A stretch of DNA of 64,000 nucleotides from Gemmatimonadaceae bacterium (GCA_045803545.1 JBJMOW010000004.1:1009189-1073188); one strand, 5' to 3'. Positions 51,039 to 60,447 are shown, counted from the stretch's first letter. Made by a program: numbers and translations. The notes: generated from the letters alone by a model not told the origin.

Positions 51039-52598
51039 CTACTTGCTGATCGTCACGTCAGTCCAACGCTGACCGCTGAACACTGCCGGCACGGCGAAGC
51101 CGTGAATCCAGGGCTGAATGGCGTACATATCCTTGTAGAAAAACAGATACGCCATCGGTGCGTCGGCGAATTGAAGCGAATCCGCCTGCGCGTACAATGC
51201 GTTTCGCTTTGACTCGTCCTGCTCGCGGTGCGCCTGATCCACCAGCGCGTCGAATTTGGGATTCGAGTAGAAGGAGACGTTGCCGCCGGGCCCTTTGTTC
51301 TTGCTGTGCAACAGCGGGAACAGGAAGTTCTCCGCGTCGGGATAATCTGCCCACCATTCCTTGACGTAGAGATCGGCGGCTCCTTTGCGCGCTGCCTCGC
51401 GCACCGACGATGCGTCGCGCTGCACGATCTTCGCGCGGATGCCGGCTTCGGCGAGATTGGCCTGAATTGCCTGCGACAGTCGTGGGGACTGGTCGGTCGT
51501 GGCCGCCCAGAGCTCGACGTCGATGCCATTGGGGTGTCCGGCGGCGGTGAGAAGCTGTTTGGCTTTGGCGACGTCGTGCCCATATGGTTTGCGATTGGCG
51601 TCGTAGCCGGGGAGAGTTGGCGGAACGACGCCGTTGGCAACGGCACCGCGGCCGGCCATGACTGCGCTCAGGATGGTGTTGACATCGATTGCGTAGTTCA
51701 GCGCCTGTCGCACGCGAACATCGGCGAGGGGACCGCGAGTGGTGTTGATCGCGACATACCAGAAGCGAAGCGCGGGAGCGGACTGCAACAGCTTGCTCTT
51801 GTCGGGATCCGCCTGCCACGACTTCCCTGTCTCATCCGGTACGGTCAACACATCGACGTTGCCGGCCTCGAACTCGGCGGTGGCTGTGCTCATCTCGGGA
51901 ATGATGCGCGCCATCAGCGAGTCGCTCTTGGGCAGTCCGTCGAAGTAGTTCGGATTCTTTGCAAACTTGAGGTAATCGTCGTGTTTCCATTCGACGAACT
52001 TCCACGGGCCGGTCCCAATTGGCTTCTGGCCGAAGTCGCTGCCGGCGTTGTCAGGCACGATGGAGTTTACCGGCATTGCCAGCATCTTCGGGAAGATCGA
52101 GTAGGGCTCCTTGAGCGTGATCACGACAGTCGTGTCATTTGGCGCGGCGAGGCCGGTTATCGATGATCCCTTCCCGCCGGCGAAATCCTCAGCGCCTTTG
52201 ATCGGAAATAGTGGCCAACCACGCCCGCCCTTCGTCTTAGGGTCGAGGACGCGCTGGAAAGTCGAAACCACATTTTTCGCGGTGAAGTTCGAGCCGTCAT
52301 GGAACTTGACGCCGCTGTGCAGGTGAAACGTGTAAGTGAGGCCGTCAGGTGTCACTTCCCAGGACTTGGCGAGTCCGGGGACGACTTTGGCGTCAGCGGT
52401 AAATCGAGTGAGTCCGTCGAAGATGTACGCCACCGCGCGACCGGTCGGCACGTCCGTCGAGAGTGCCGGGTCCATCGATCGCGGGTCGTAAGTATCGCGC
52501 GAATCGATCAGTGTTTTGCGTTGAGGAGCTGATGATTCACCACCACCGCCACCACAGCTGAGAAGTGCGGGTATTACGAAGAGGATTAGTCGCCGCAT
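51039..52598 (-). CDS. ABC transporter substrate-binding lipoprotein, family 5 (peptide/nickel)
   Basis: The start is set at ATG 52598 (MRRLILFVIPALLSCGGGGG lipobox). Family-5 SBP pattern throughout. Confidence 0.9.
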   Translation of the reverse strand: MRRLILFVIPALLSCGGGGGESSAPQRKTLIDSRDTYDPRSMDPALSTDVPTGRAVAYIFDGLTRFTADAKVVPGLAKSWEVTPDGLTYTFHLHSGVKFHDGSNFTAKNVVSTFQRVLDPKTKGGRGWPLFPIKGAEDFAGGKGSSITGLAAPNDTTVVITLKEPYSIFPKMLAMPVNSIVPDNAGSDFGQKPIGTGPWKFVEWKHDDYLKFAKNPNYFDGLPKSDSLMARIIPEMSTATAEFEAGNVDVLTVPDETGKSWQADPDKSKLLQSAPALRFWYVAINTTRGPLADVRVRQALNYAIDVNTILSAVMAGRGAVANGVVPPTLPGYDANRKPYGHDVAKAKQLLTAAGHPNGIDVELWAATTDQSPRLSQAIQANLAEAGIRAKIVQRDASSVREAARKGAADLYVKEWWADYPDAENFLFPLLHSKNKGPGGNVSFYSNPKFDALVDQAHREQDESKRNALYAQADSLQFADAPMAYLFFYKDMYAIQPWIHGFAVPAVFSGQRWTDVTISK

Positions 52599-52667
52599 GG
52601 TGTGCTCTGACGGTTGACATGAAGGGGCGAAAGTGGAGAACTTTCGCGCACCCAAAAAGGCCTCATC

Positions 52668-52940
52668 GTGAGCGCAGAATACTATTATCGCCGCCAACTC
52701 GGCGCCAAGGATCTGTTGCCGGCAGTTGGTCTCGGCGTCGCCACGGGTTTGGCCGCGTTCTACATTGTGCAACTCTTAATCCAGCGTACGCCTCTGGTGC
52801 CTCAAGGCGATTTGCCACGGACGCCGACGGCGCCGCCACGGAGAATGCTGGGCGATCGGACCGAGCCGGAGACAGAGACCCACTACGCGCGAGAGCTGCC
52901 GGCGGGTCAACCACCGGGCGCGCGCGCACTGAAAGGGTGA
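52668..52940 (+). CDS. Small single-TM protein translationally coupled to tamA
   Basis: 90 aa. GTG start with AAAGG 8 nt upstream. TM helix LLPAVGLGVATGLAAFYIVQLL. Its stop TGA overlaps the GTG start of the TamA-like gene (GTGA). Confidence 0.5.
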   Translation: MSAEYYYRRQLGAKDLLPAVGLGVATGLAAFYIVQLLIQRTPLVPQGDLPRTPTAPPRRMLGDRTEPETETHYARELPAGQPPGARALKG

Positions 52941-55189
52941 AGCTGACCCGGGTTCGACTCGGGCTTTTCACCGTATTCGCCTTCCTCGCAGCGACTCCGC
53001 TTGTCAGTGCTCGCGCTCAGGACATCGAGTGCGAGCGCGGAGACCTCGAGGTAATGCAACTCAATTTCGAGGGCAATCATGCATTGTCCGACGCCGAGCT
53101 CGCGCGAGCGATTGTAACGACACCGTCCTCGTGGGCCCGCCGCTTCCTGCATCTGCCGTTCACCACCAAGCATTGCCTCGACCGGGTCGAGCTGCCGAAC
53201 GATAGAGCGCGGCTGATCATTCTGTATCGACGTCGCGGGTTCCCCAAGGTGAAAGTGGACACGGCGGTGAAGGTGCTGGCGCCGGGCGCAGTCGCGGTCA
53301 CGTTCACGATCAACGAGGGGCCCCCGATGATTCTGCGCGGCTTCGGCGTTCAGGGACTCGACTCTGTTCCGGAAGGGCCGCGCTTGCTGCGATCTATCAG
53401 GATTAGCGAAGGAATGCGGTTCGATCGCACGACGATGGATACCGCTGCCAACAGCATTCGTGAGCGACTGCACAACAGCGGATACCCGCGCGCAGTCGCC
53501 GAGAACCATCCCGTCGTCAATGACAGTTCATTGAGTGGCTGGGACACGCTGGTGGTCACGGCCGGACCACGAACGAGAATCGGGGCGATCAAGATCGACG
53601 TGACGCCGCTCACCGATAGGAAGCAGCAGATTCCTACCCGCATCGTCAGGAAGATCATGGGTCTCGATTCCGGTCAGCTTTATCGCGAGAGTGAGATTCT
53701 CGATTCACAACGCGCGATCTACCAGACCGAGGCATATCAGCACGTGTCGATCGCGCCGGACAGCGGCGCCGATTCTCTGGTGACGCTTTACGTAAATCTG
53801 GCGGAAGCGCCGATGCACGCGGCGCGCGTCGGAGCCGGCTACGGCACACTCGATTGCTTTCGGCTCACCGGCGAATACACGGACTACAACTTCCTGAACG
53901 GCGCGCGCAGACTCGATCTCACCACTCGTGTCTCGAAGATCGGAATCGGGCGGCCGCTGGATTGGGAGCCCAACCTGTGTCCCGCCGCGAAGAAGGATGT
54001 CTTCAGCAATCGGCTCAACTACTACGCCGGCGCAACGCTGCGACAGCCGGTGTTCCTCGGCTTGCGGACGGTGCCGACGCTGACGGTGTACTCGCAGCGG
54101 ATCTCGGAATACAACGCATATCTGCGGACAACGTCCATCGGTGGCGCGGCGTCGTTGATCTGGCGCAGCCTCACACGCACACCGGTGAATCTGACCTACT
54201 CGATGGATCTCGGACGCACCGAAGCGCAGCCGGCTCTGTTCTGCGCGGTGTTCAATCTGTGTGAGGCGGCCGAGCGCGAGCGGATACAACGGACACAGCA
54301 GCTGGCGATCCTGAGCCTCGCGGTAACGCGCGACAACTCGAACAATTTGTTATCGCCAACTCGCGGTTCGGTGATTCGGTTGGAGGCTCGGCATTCTTCG
54401 CCGGCGATCCTCTCCAACAAGGACCTGCAGTTCAACAAGCTGGTCGGCGATGCTTCACGTTACATCGCGGTTGGCAGCTCGGTGATTGCAATGCGCGTCC
54501 GTGGCGGGTCGGTCTTTGGCCGCAACGTTCAATCAGCGACCGGGTTCATCCCGCCGCAGGAGCGTCTCTATGCCGGTGGTCCGACAACTGTGCGCGGATT
54601 CGCTCAGAATGAGCTTGGGTCGCTCATCTACATCTCCGGGTCTCAGGAAGCATTCTTCATCGACAACCCAAACGGGACCCGCGATACGGTGCTGCTGCAG
54701 GAGCACACGGACAGCGCTGTCCGGCGAACCGTGCCTGTGGGCGGTAACTCTTTGGTTGTGGGGAATCTCGAGCTCAGAATGCGCAGTCCATTCCTGTCGG
54801 AGCTGCTGCAATGGACCCTTTTTACGGATGCAGGCGAGGTATGGAATCGGGGTACTGGCCAGCTTAAGCAGGTGAAGCTCAAAGTGACGCCAGGAATTCA
54901 ACTTACGGCGTTCTCTCCGGTGGGACCTGTGCGTCTAGCAGTAGGGTACAATCCATACCGCCGACCGCCGGGGCCGATCTACTTTGAAGGGACCAGTCTG
55001 GGTGGTGAGTTATTGTGCGTAAGTCCGTTCAACACCATCAAGACACACATCACGTACGATACGAATGGGAATCCGACGAGCATTAGTCAGGACCCGGGCG
55101 GCATCTGTCCCTCGACGTATCAACCGCCGACGGACAACAGTCTTCGCAGCAAGCTCACGTTCAGCTTCGCGATCGGTCAGGCTTTCTAA
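52937..55189 (+). CDS. tamA: BamA/TamA-family outer-membrane protein (POTRA + Omp85 barrel)
   Basis: Start GTG 52937 gives the signal peptide VKLTRVRLGLFTVFAFLAATPLVSARA. It has POTRA-like repeats, an Omp85 barrel and the C-terminal beta-signal FAIGQAF. A TamB-like gene follows. Confidence 0.85.
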   Translation: MKLTRVRLGLFTVFAFLAATPLVSARAQDIECERGDLEVMQLNFEGNHALSDAELARAIVTTPSSWARRFLHLPFTTKHCLDRVELPNDRARLIILYRRRGFPKVKVDTAVKVLAPGAVAVTFTINEGPPMILRGFGVQGLDSVPEGPRLLRSIRISEGMRFDRTTMDTAANSIRERLHNSGYPRAVAENHPVVNDSSLSGWDTLVVTAGPRTRIGAIKIDVTPLTDRKQQIPTRIVRKIMGLDSGQLYRESEILDSQRAIYQTEAYQHVSIAPDSGADSLVTLYVNLAEAPMHAARVGAGYGTLDCFRLTGEYTDYNFLNGARRLDLTTRVSKIGIGRPLDWEPNLCPAAKKDVFSNRLNYYAGATLRQPVFLGLRTVPTLTVYSQRISEYNAYLRTTSIGGAASLIWRSLTRTPVNLTYSMDLGRTEAQPALFCAVFNLCEAAERERIQRTQQLAILSLAVTRDNSNNLLSPTRGSVIRLEARHSSPAILSNKDLQFNKLVGDASRYIAVGSSVIAMRVRGGSVFGRNVQSATGFIPPQERLYAGGPTTVRGFAQNELGSLIYISGSQEAFFIDNPNGTRDTVLLQEHTDSAVRRTVPVGGNSLVVGNLELRMRSPFLSELLQWTLFTDAGEVWNRGTGQLKQVKLKVTPGIQLTAFSPVGPVRLAVGYNPYRRPPGPIYFEGTSLGGELLCVSPFNTIKTHITYDTNGNPTSISQDPGGICPSTYQPPTDNSLRSKLTFSFAIGQAF

Positions 55190-55224
55190 GCCGGGCTTCC
55201 GCCTCTCGCCTCTCGCCCTCCGCG
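55190..55224. repeat. Short C-rich heptamer-family tract between tamA and tamB
   Basis: GCCGGGCTTCCGCCTCTCGCCTCTCGCCCTCCGCG, which contains complements of GAGAGGC units. Confidence 0.6.
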
Positions 55225-55225
55225 A

Positions 55226-58200
55226 ATGACCCGGCGTCTCCGCATCGCCATCGGCAGCGCGATCATCCTGTTCGGGTTGATCATGATTGTCGTGCTCGGC
55301 TTCATCGGCATCACGCATACGAGCGTGGGCCAGGAGCGTGTGCGGAGCATGATCGCGACCCTACTCGAAGGTAAGGTCAAAGGAAGAGTCTATCTCGGCC
55401 ACCTGAGCGGCGGCCTCGTCGGCGGAGTCACAATCGACTCGGTCGAAATTCGCGACGACGAGGATTCGGTGTTTTTCGCATCGGGACCAATCACGGTTGC
55501 ATACGATCCACGCGATTTGCTGGATCGCCGCATTCTCTTCAGTCGGGTTGAGGCGCAGCGGCCCTACGTGCACCTGCGTCAGCACGAGAACGGCGAGTGG
55601 AATTTCCGCCGCATTTTCCCGGCGAGCGTGGAGAAGCAGCAGCGAAATCAGCGCGGGTTCGGACAGTACATCGTCGCCGACACGTCGATCGTCCGCGATG
55701 CGCGGATGGATCTGACACTGCCTTGGCACCTGTCCGACACTCTGCGTGGCTACAAGCGCGACAGCGCGGTGCGCTACGAGCTCACGCGCAAAGATCACGA
55801 GATTCACAAGACGCGTGAGGGTTATGCGCGCACCTGGCGCTGGAGTGATATCGACGCCGACCTCGGCTACGCTCGCATCGCAGATCCTGACACAGTCGGT
55901 CGTTTGATTCGCATTCGGAATGTCAGCCTGACTGAGACGGATCCGCCGTTCAAGTTCCGAAACGTCGCCGGTACTTTCCTGAATCTTGGCGACTCGGTGT
56001 TCATCGATGCCGATCATTTTGATCTGCCCGGATCCACCGGTCGCGCGCACGGCAGCGTGATCTGGGGCAGCGATCTGCCTGTTCGCTATTACATACATGT
56101 AGTAGGAGACTCAGTCTCCCTCGCCGATGTAGCGTGGGTGTATCCGACGCTGCCTAAGACGGGCAGTGGCAAGATGGAGCTCGACATCCGCAGCGAGCGA
56201 AATCCCAAGCTTCTCGACTACATCATCAGCAACATGGATGTGCGCTCGACTCGCTCGCACCTGCTCGGCAATATGACGTTTGGCACCGGGGGTAGCGTAC
56301 TGGCGGTGAAGAATGTCGAGCTGCAGGCAGCGCCGGTGAATTTCGACTTGCTGCGGACGCTGAACGGCAAGCCGTTCCCGTACAACTGGCAGGGAAACAT
56401 CACCGGTACGGTGCGGGCGTCGGGCGGCCCACTCAATCACTTCAAGGTTGAGGAGTCGGCGTTGATCTTCGACGACGCCAACGTGGCCGGCGCCGAGACC
56501 GAGGCGCGCGGCAATGGCGAGCTGGACATCCTGTTCCCGGCGTTCACTGCCTTTCACGCATTCAACGTCGACGTCGCGACGCTCGATCTGCGCACACTGC
56601 AGTACCTCAATCCGCAGTTCCCGCGGATCAAAGGCACCGTCTCGGGCACTGCGACGCTGGACTCCTCGTGGCTGGACGTTCGCTTCAGCAACGCCAGCCT
56701 GTTCCATCACGATGGCAACCTCCCGCTGTCGCATGCAACGGGGAATGGCCGCATCACGTGGGGCGAGAAGTATCTCACCTACGATTTGAATCTTCACGCC
56801 GAACCGCTGTCGTTTACCGCGCTGGTGCACTCTTATCCGTTGCTGCCACTGCGCGGCAGCTACCAGGGCCCGGTGCAGGTGAAGGGACAGTCGCCCGGCC
56901 TACTGGTGAACGCGACCCTGACCGGACCGGCCGGCCAGTTCGCGTACAGCGGGCTCGTCGACGCGGATCCTTTGGTCTACGGTGCACGTGGGCGCGCGAC
57001 TTCGACCGCGCTCGATTTGCGCACGCTGATGGACAACAGTCAGCTACCGCACACTCAGCTCACCGGGCGCTATGATCTGGATCTGCACGGCGCTGACCTG
57101 CCGTCACTCGCGGGCAGTGCAGTAGCGCAGATCGAGAAGTCGACACTCGGCGGATTCCGCGTCGATCCGTCGGTGGCACGCTTGCATTTCGCGAACGGCG
57201 TAGCGACTGTCGACACCCTCGCGATCAACGCATCGGGACTGCAGGCGAGCGCGGCCGGCACCTTCGCGCTGACAGGAGCGCACCAGGGCTCGCTGAAGTT
57301 TTCGGCGGAGATGGATTCGCTGGCGCGGCTGCGCACTCTGGTGCCGGCGCTCGCAACCAACGCTCAACTCGATTCGCTGCGCGGCAGCGGCCAGCTTACC
57401 GGCGAGCTCTCGGGCAGTATTGAGCATCTCGCGCTAAATGGAGTGATCCGCGCCAACGATGTCAGTTTCGGCAGACAGAGCGTAGAGAGCATTCGTGGTA
57501 CACTGCTTCTCGCGGACATCACCAAACAGCCTACAGGCTCCTTCCTCTTCGGCGCGGACACCGTCGCGCTTGGACCCGTCGGGTTCAACAGCATGCGGGC
57601 AACAATAGCGCTGACCTCGCCGACGTCCGGGCATTTCAGCGCATCCATGCTGAGTCAGAGCGGCGTGTCGACCGAGCTCGCCGGCAACATCACACGCAGC
57701 AAGGACACGACAATCGTGCGCCTTGACAGCGCAGCGGTTGACGTCGACGCGGACAACAGATATCGGCTACAGTCGCCGAGCAAGGCGGTATTGTCGAAGG
57801 GATTTCTGTCGCTCGATTCATTGATTCTGCAACACAGCAGCAACGCCAAGCTCATCGTCCAGAACCTGCGCTTTACCGGCGACTCGATCAACGGACACAT
57901 TCGCACGGACAGCGTCGACATGCGTCTCTTCCGCGCCTTCGTACCGGGACTGGTAGACGCTCGCGGCGCGATTGTCGCCGACGTCGACGTGCGCGGCGCG
58001 GTCAAGCAGCCGCGTCTCTATGGCCAGATCACGTTGCCGGATGGAACTGCTGCCTTCTCAAACCTCGGCACACGTTTCAATCACATCCGCGCGAACATCA
58101 CGCTCGACGGCGATTCCGTGCACATCAAGCAGTTGTCGGCGGAGACCAACAAGGACCGTCGCGGATCGGCGAACGTGACGGGCACGGTGAGCTTCGAGCA

Positions 58201-59389
58201 TTATGACAATCCGTCATTCTCGATCGTGGCAAACGCGTCGAACTTCCACGCCATCGACAAGCCTGGACTGGCAGCGCTCGACATCTCGACTGGACCGCCA
58301 GTGACGCTTAGCGGGTCAACGCAGGACGCGGTTTTGCACGGCGCCGTCCGCGTCGAACGCGGGTCGATCTACATCCCGGAAGTCATCAAGAAGAACGTGA
58401 TCGACTTGAACGATCCCGATCTGCAGACGACCGTCGACACGCTGCTGTCGCAGAATCGAGAAGTGATGCCGCGCGCGCCAAAGGCAGTCGCACGCAATCT
58501 CCGGCTTGAAGATGTGAACGTCGATATCGGACCCGACGTCTGGCTGCGTTCATCGGAAGCCAACATCAAGCTGGGCGGGTCGCTGAACGTGACGATGGCA
58601 TCCGGCGGTCCTGGCCAGCCACCGCAGCTGGCGTTGCAGGGAATCTTGAGCGCAGACAAAGGCACCTATCGACTGAACCTGGTCGACCCATTCGTCCAAC
58701 CGACCTTCGACGTGCAACGCGGAACGCTGACGTTCTACGGAGACACTCAGCTGAATCCGCTGCTCGACATCGCCGCCATTCACACGGTTCGTCAGCCGAG
58801 GATTCAGACCGCAAACGGTCGTGACGTGCGTGTGGAGGTCGACATCACCGGTACACTGGCGCGGCCATCGCTCGCGCTCAAGAATCCGGACAACCTGCCG
58901 TTGTCCGAGAGCGACTTGCTCAGTTATCTGGTGACGGGTGAGCCGGCGGTCGGTCTCGACAACACCGGAACGCAGGTCGCCGCCCTCGGCGTCCGTACCG
59001 CGGCCAACCTGCTGGTGAGCGCATTGCCGAGGAACGTCGTCGATTATCTGGAGATCCAGACGGCAGCGCCCGGTAGCGATCCAAATCAGGCGTCCTCACT
59101 GTCGCAATACTACGGGTTGTTGAACACCCGCGCGATACTCGGCAAGCAGGTTGGCAGCAAGTGGTTTGTCGGCCTCAGCACTGGACTATGTTTCGTAAGC
59201 TCCAGTCTTTTCAAAGAGAATTTGGGCCTGCAGCTCGAGTACAGAATCAGTCCGGTGTTGAGTGCACAGGCCGCAATCGAGCCGGGCTCCAGCGCTCGGT
59301 GCGACCCGACTGGTCAGAAGCTGGTGATCCCGCCGAACCAGACTCCATCACAGCTCGGCTTCGACCTCTTTCGCAACTGGCGTTTCTAA
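55226..59389 (+). CDS. tamB: Translocation and assembly module protein TamB (AsmA-like, DUF490 C-terminus)
   Basis: 1387 aa with an N-terminal membrane anchor (AIILFGLIMIVVLGFIG), a long beta-rich body and a C-terminus ending in aromatic residues. It sits directly downstream of the TamA-like gene. Confidence 0.85.
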   Translation: MTRRLRIAIGSAIILFGLIMIVVLGFIGITHTSVGQERVRSMIATLLEGKVKGRVYLGHLSGGLVGGVTIDSVEIRDDEDSVFFASGPITVAYDPRDLLDRRILFSRVEAQRPYVHLRQHENGEWNFRRIFPASVEKQQRNQRGFGQYIVADTSIVRDARMDLTLPWHLSDTLRGYKRDSAVRYELTRKDHEIHKTREGYARTWRWSDIDADLGYARIADPDTVGRLIRIRNVSLTETDPPFKFRNVAGTFLNLGDSVFIDADHFDLPGSTGRAHGSVIWGSDLPVRYYIHVVGDSVSLADVAWVYPTLPKTGSGKMELDIRSERNPKLLDYIISNMDVRSTRSHLLGNMTFGTGGSVLAVKNVELQAAPVNFDLLRTLNGKPFPYNWQGNITGTVRASGGPLNHFKVEESALIFDDANVAGAETEARGNGELDILFPAFTAFHAFNVDVATLDLRTLQYLNPQFPRIKGTVSGTATLDSSWLDVRFSNASLFHHDGNLPLSHATGNGRITWGEKYLTYDLNLHAEPLSFTALVHSYPLLPLRGSYQGPVQVKGQSPGLLVNATLTGPAGQFAYSGLVDADPLVYGARGRATSTALDLRTLMDNSQLPHTQLTGRYDLDLHGADLPSLAGSAVAQIEKSTLGGFRVDPSVARLHFANGVATVDTLAINASGLQASAAGTFALTGAHQGSLKFSAEMDSLARLRTLVPALATNAQLDSLRGSGQLTGELSGSIEHLALNGVIRANDVSFGRQSVESIRGTLLLADITKQPTGSFLFGADTVALGPVGFNSMRATIALTSPTSGHFSASMLSQSGVSTELAGNITRSKDTTIVRLDSAAVDVDADNRYRLQSPSKAVLSKGFLSLDSLILQHSSNAKLIVQNLRFTGDSINGHIRTDSVDMRLFRAFVPGLVDARGAIVADVDVRGAVKQPRLYGQITLPDGTAAFSNLGTRFNHIRANITLDGDSVHIKQLSAETNKDRRGSANVTGTVSFEHYDNPSFSIVANASNFHAIDKPGLAALDISTGPPVTLSGSTQDAVLHGAVRVERGSIYIPEVIKKNVIDLNDPDLQTTVDTLLSQNREVMPRAPKAVARNLRLEDVNVDIGPDVWLRSSEANIKLGGSLNVTMASGGPGQPPQLALQGILSADKGTYRLNLVDPFVQPTFDVQRGTLTFYGDTQLNPLLDIAAIHTVRQPRIQTANGRDVRVEVDITGTLARPSLALKNPDNLPLSESDLLSYLVTGEPAVGLDNTGTQVAALGVRTAANLLVSALPRNVVDYLEIQTAAPGSDPNQASSLSQYYGLLNTRAILGKQVGSKWFVGLSTGLCFVSSSLFKENLGLQLEYRISPVLSAQAAIEPGSSARCDPTGQKLVIPPNQTPSQLGFDLFRNWRF

Positions 59390-59460
59390 ACGACGGTTGA
59401 CTCGTCAGTTAACGAGTTTCGGGTCTCTCGGATAGGCAGCATCCTGCAATTGCGAGTGTG

Positions 59461-59673
59461 ATGGCTAACAACCTGCGCGAAAAGGATTCGATGCTTTGCC
59501 GCTCCTGCGGTAATGAGGAGCGTGCATCCGAAGGCTACCCGTGTACAGATTGCGGAACGTTCATCTGTGTCATCTGCATCTTTCGCGGCGTCACGCTCTG
59601 CAAATCATGCGTCCAGAAACGTCCCGAACCACCGCTGACAGTTCCCCAGAAGCCCGACTGGCCGGAGCATTGA
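59461..59673 (+). CDS. Small cysteine-rich zinc-ribbon protein
   Basis: 70 aa with four CxxC pairs (CRSC, CTDC, CVIC, CKSC). Its stop overlaps the TTG start of the NlpC/P60 gene (TTGA). Confidence 0.55.
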   Translation: MANNLREKDSMLCRSCGNEERASEGYPCTDCGTFICVICIFRGVTLCKSCVQKRPEPPLTVPQKPDWPEH

Positions 59674-60443
59674 GCGAAAGTGTAACCGCCATCGCGCCAA
59701 TCGCACCGATGTTGTGCGAGCCGGATGTGAAAACGACCCAGGTCTCACAGCTATTGCATGGCCACATCGCTCAGGTACTCGAGCGCAGGGGGTTGTGGCT
59801 CAACGTGAAAGGCGCCGACGGTTATCCGGGCTGGGTACATCAGGGCTACGTGGTCATTGTGCCCGAGCCGGTGCCGCCGCTCGAGGACACAGGCTGGAAC
59901 GATCGGCGACCCTTATCACTCGGCTGCACTGTCCGCGACGAGCACGGCGCCACGCGCAAACTTCCACTCGGCGCGCTGATCACCGAGGGGCAGGAGCGCT
60001 TCGGCGGATTAGCGATGAGTTATGAAGAGCGGCGTCACGCATTTCCGCCCGCCGCCGACTCGATCAACGCATCAGCGATGACTTTCTTCGAAGGCACATC
60101 GTATGAGTGGGGCGGCGTCACGCCGTGGGGATGCGATTGTTCAGGACTGGTATCGAGCTCGTTTCATCTGCACGGAGTCAATGTTCCGCGCGACGCGTGG
60201 ATGCAGGCGATGACCGGCATTCCGGTCGCGATGAATCAGCTGCAGCCGGCTGATTTGCTGTTCTTCTCCGACGAGCCCGACGGCAAGATCACGCACGTCG
60301 CGATCTCTCTGGGCGGAACTCGAGTCGTTCATCTGGCGCTGGGACGCGGAGGCTACGCGGTCGATGATCTCAAGTCAGGCGACGAATACACCAATCTTCT
60401 CACGACAAGGTTTCGCTTCGCCCGACGAATTTTGGTTGACTGA
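59670..60443 (+). CDS. SH3b + NlpC/P60 (C40) peptidase, YkfC-like
   Basis: An SH3-like N-domain (LWLNVKGADGYPGWVHQGYV), the catalytic Cys context YEWGGVTPWGCDCSGLV, and His in ITHVAISLG. No signal peptide is seen. Confidence 0.85.
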   Translation: MSESVTAIAPIAPMLCEPDVKTTQVSQLLHGHIAQVLERRGLWLNVKGADGYPGWVHQGYVVIVPEPVPPLEDTGWNDRRPLSLGCTVRDEHGATRKLPLGALITEGQERFGGLAMSYEERRHAFPPAADSINASAMTFFEGTSYEWGGVTPWGCDCSGLVSSSFHLHGVNVPRDAWMQAMTGIPVAMNQLQPADLLFFSDEPDGKITHVAISLGGTRVVHLALGRGGYAVDDLKSGDEYTNLLTTRFRFARRILVD

Positions 60444-60447
60444 AATG

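Noticed and set aside
52565-52936. Long N-terminal extensions proposed by the ORF track (tamA 52565, HAD 61686, CYTH 62590, CPXCG 42416, glcF 35356, glcE 36531, SBP 52772)
   Set aside because: The extensions are Arg-rich or overlap neighbouring genes. Internal starts that overlap the upstream stop codon (ATGA/GTGA/TTGA), or that are followed by signal peptides or family N-terminal motifs, fit better.
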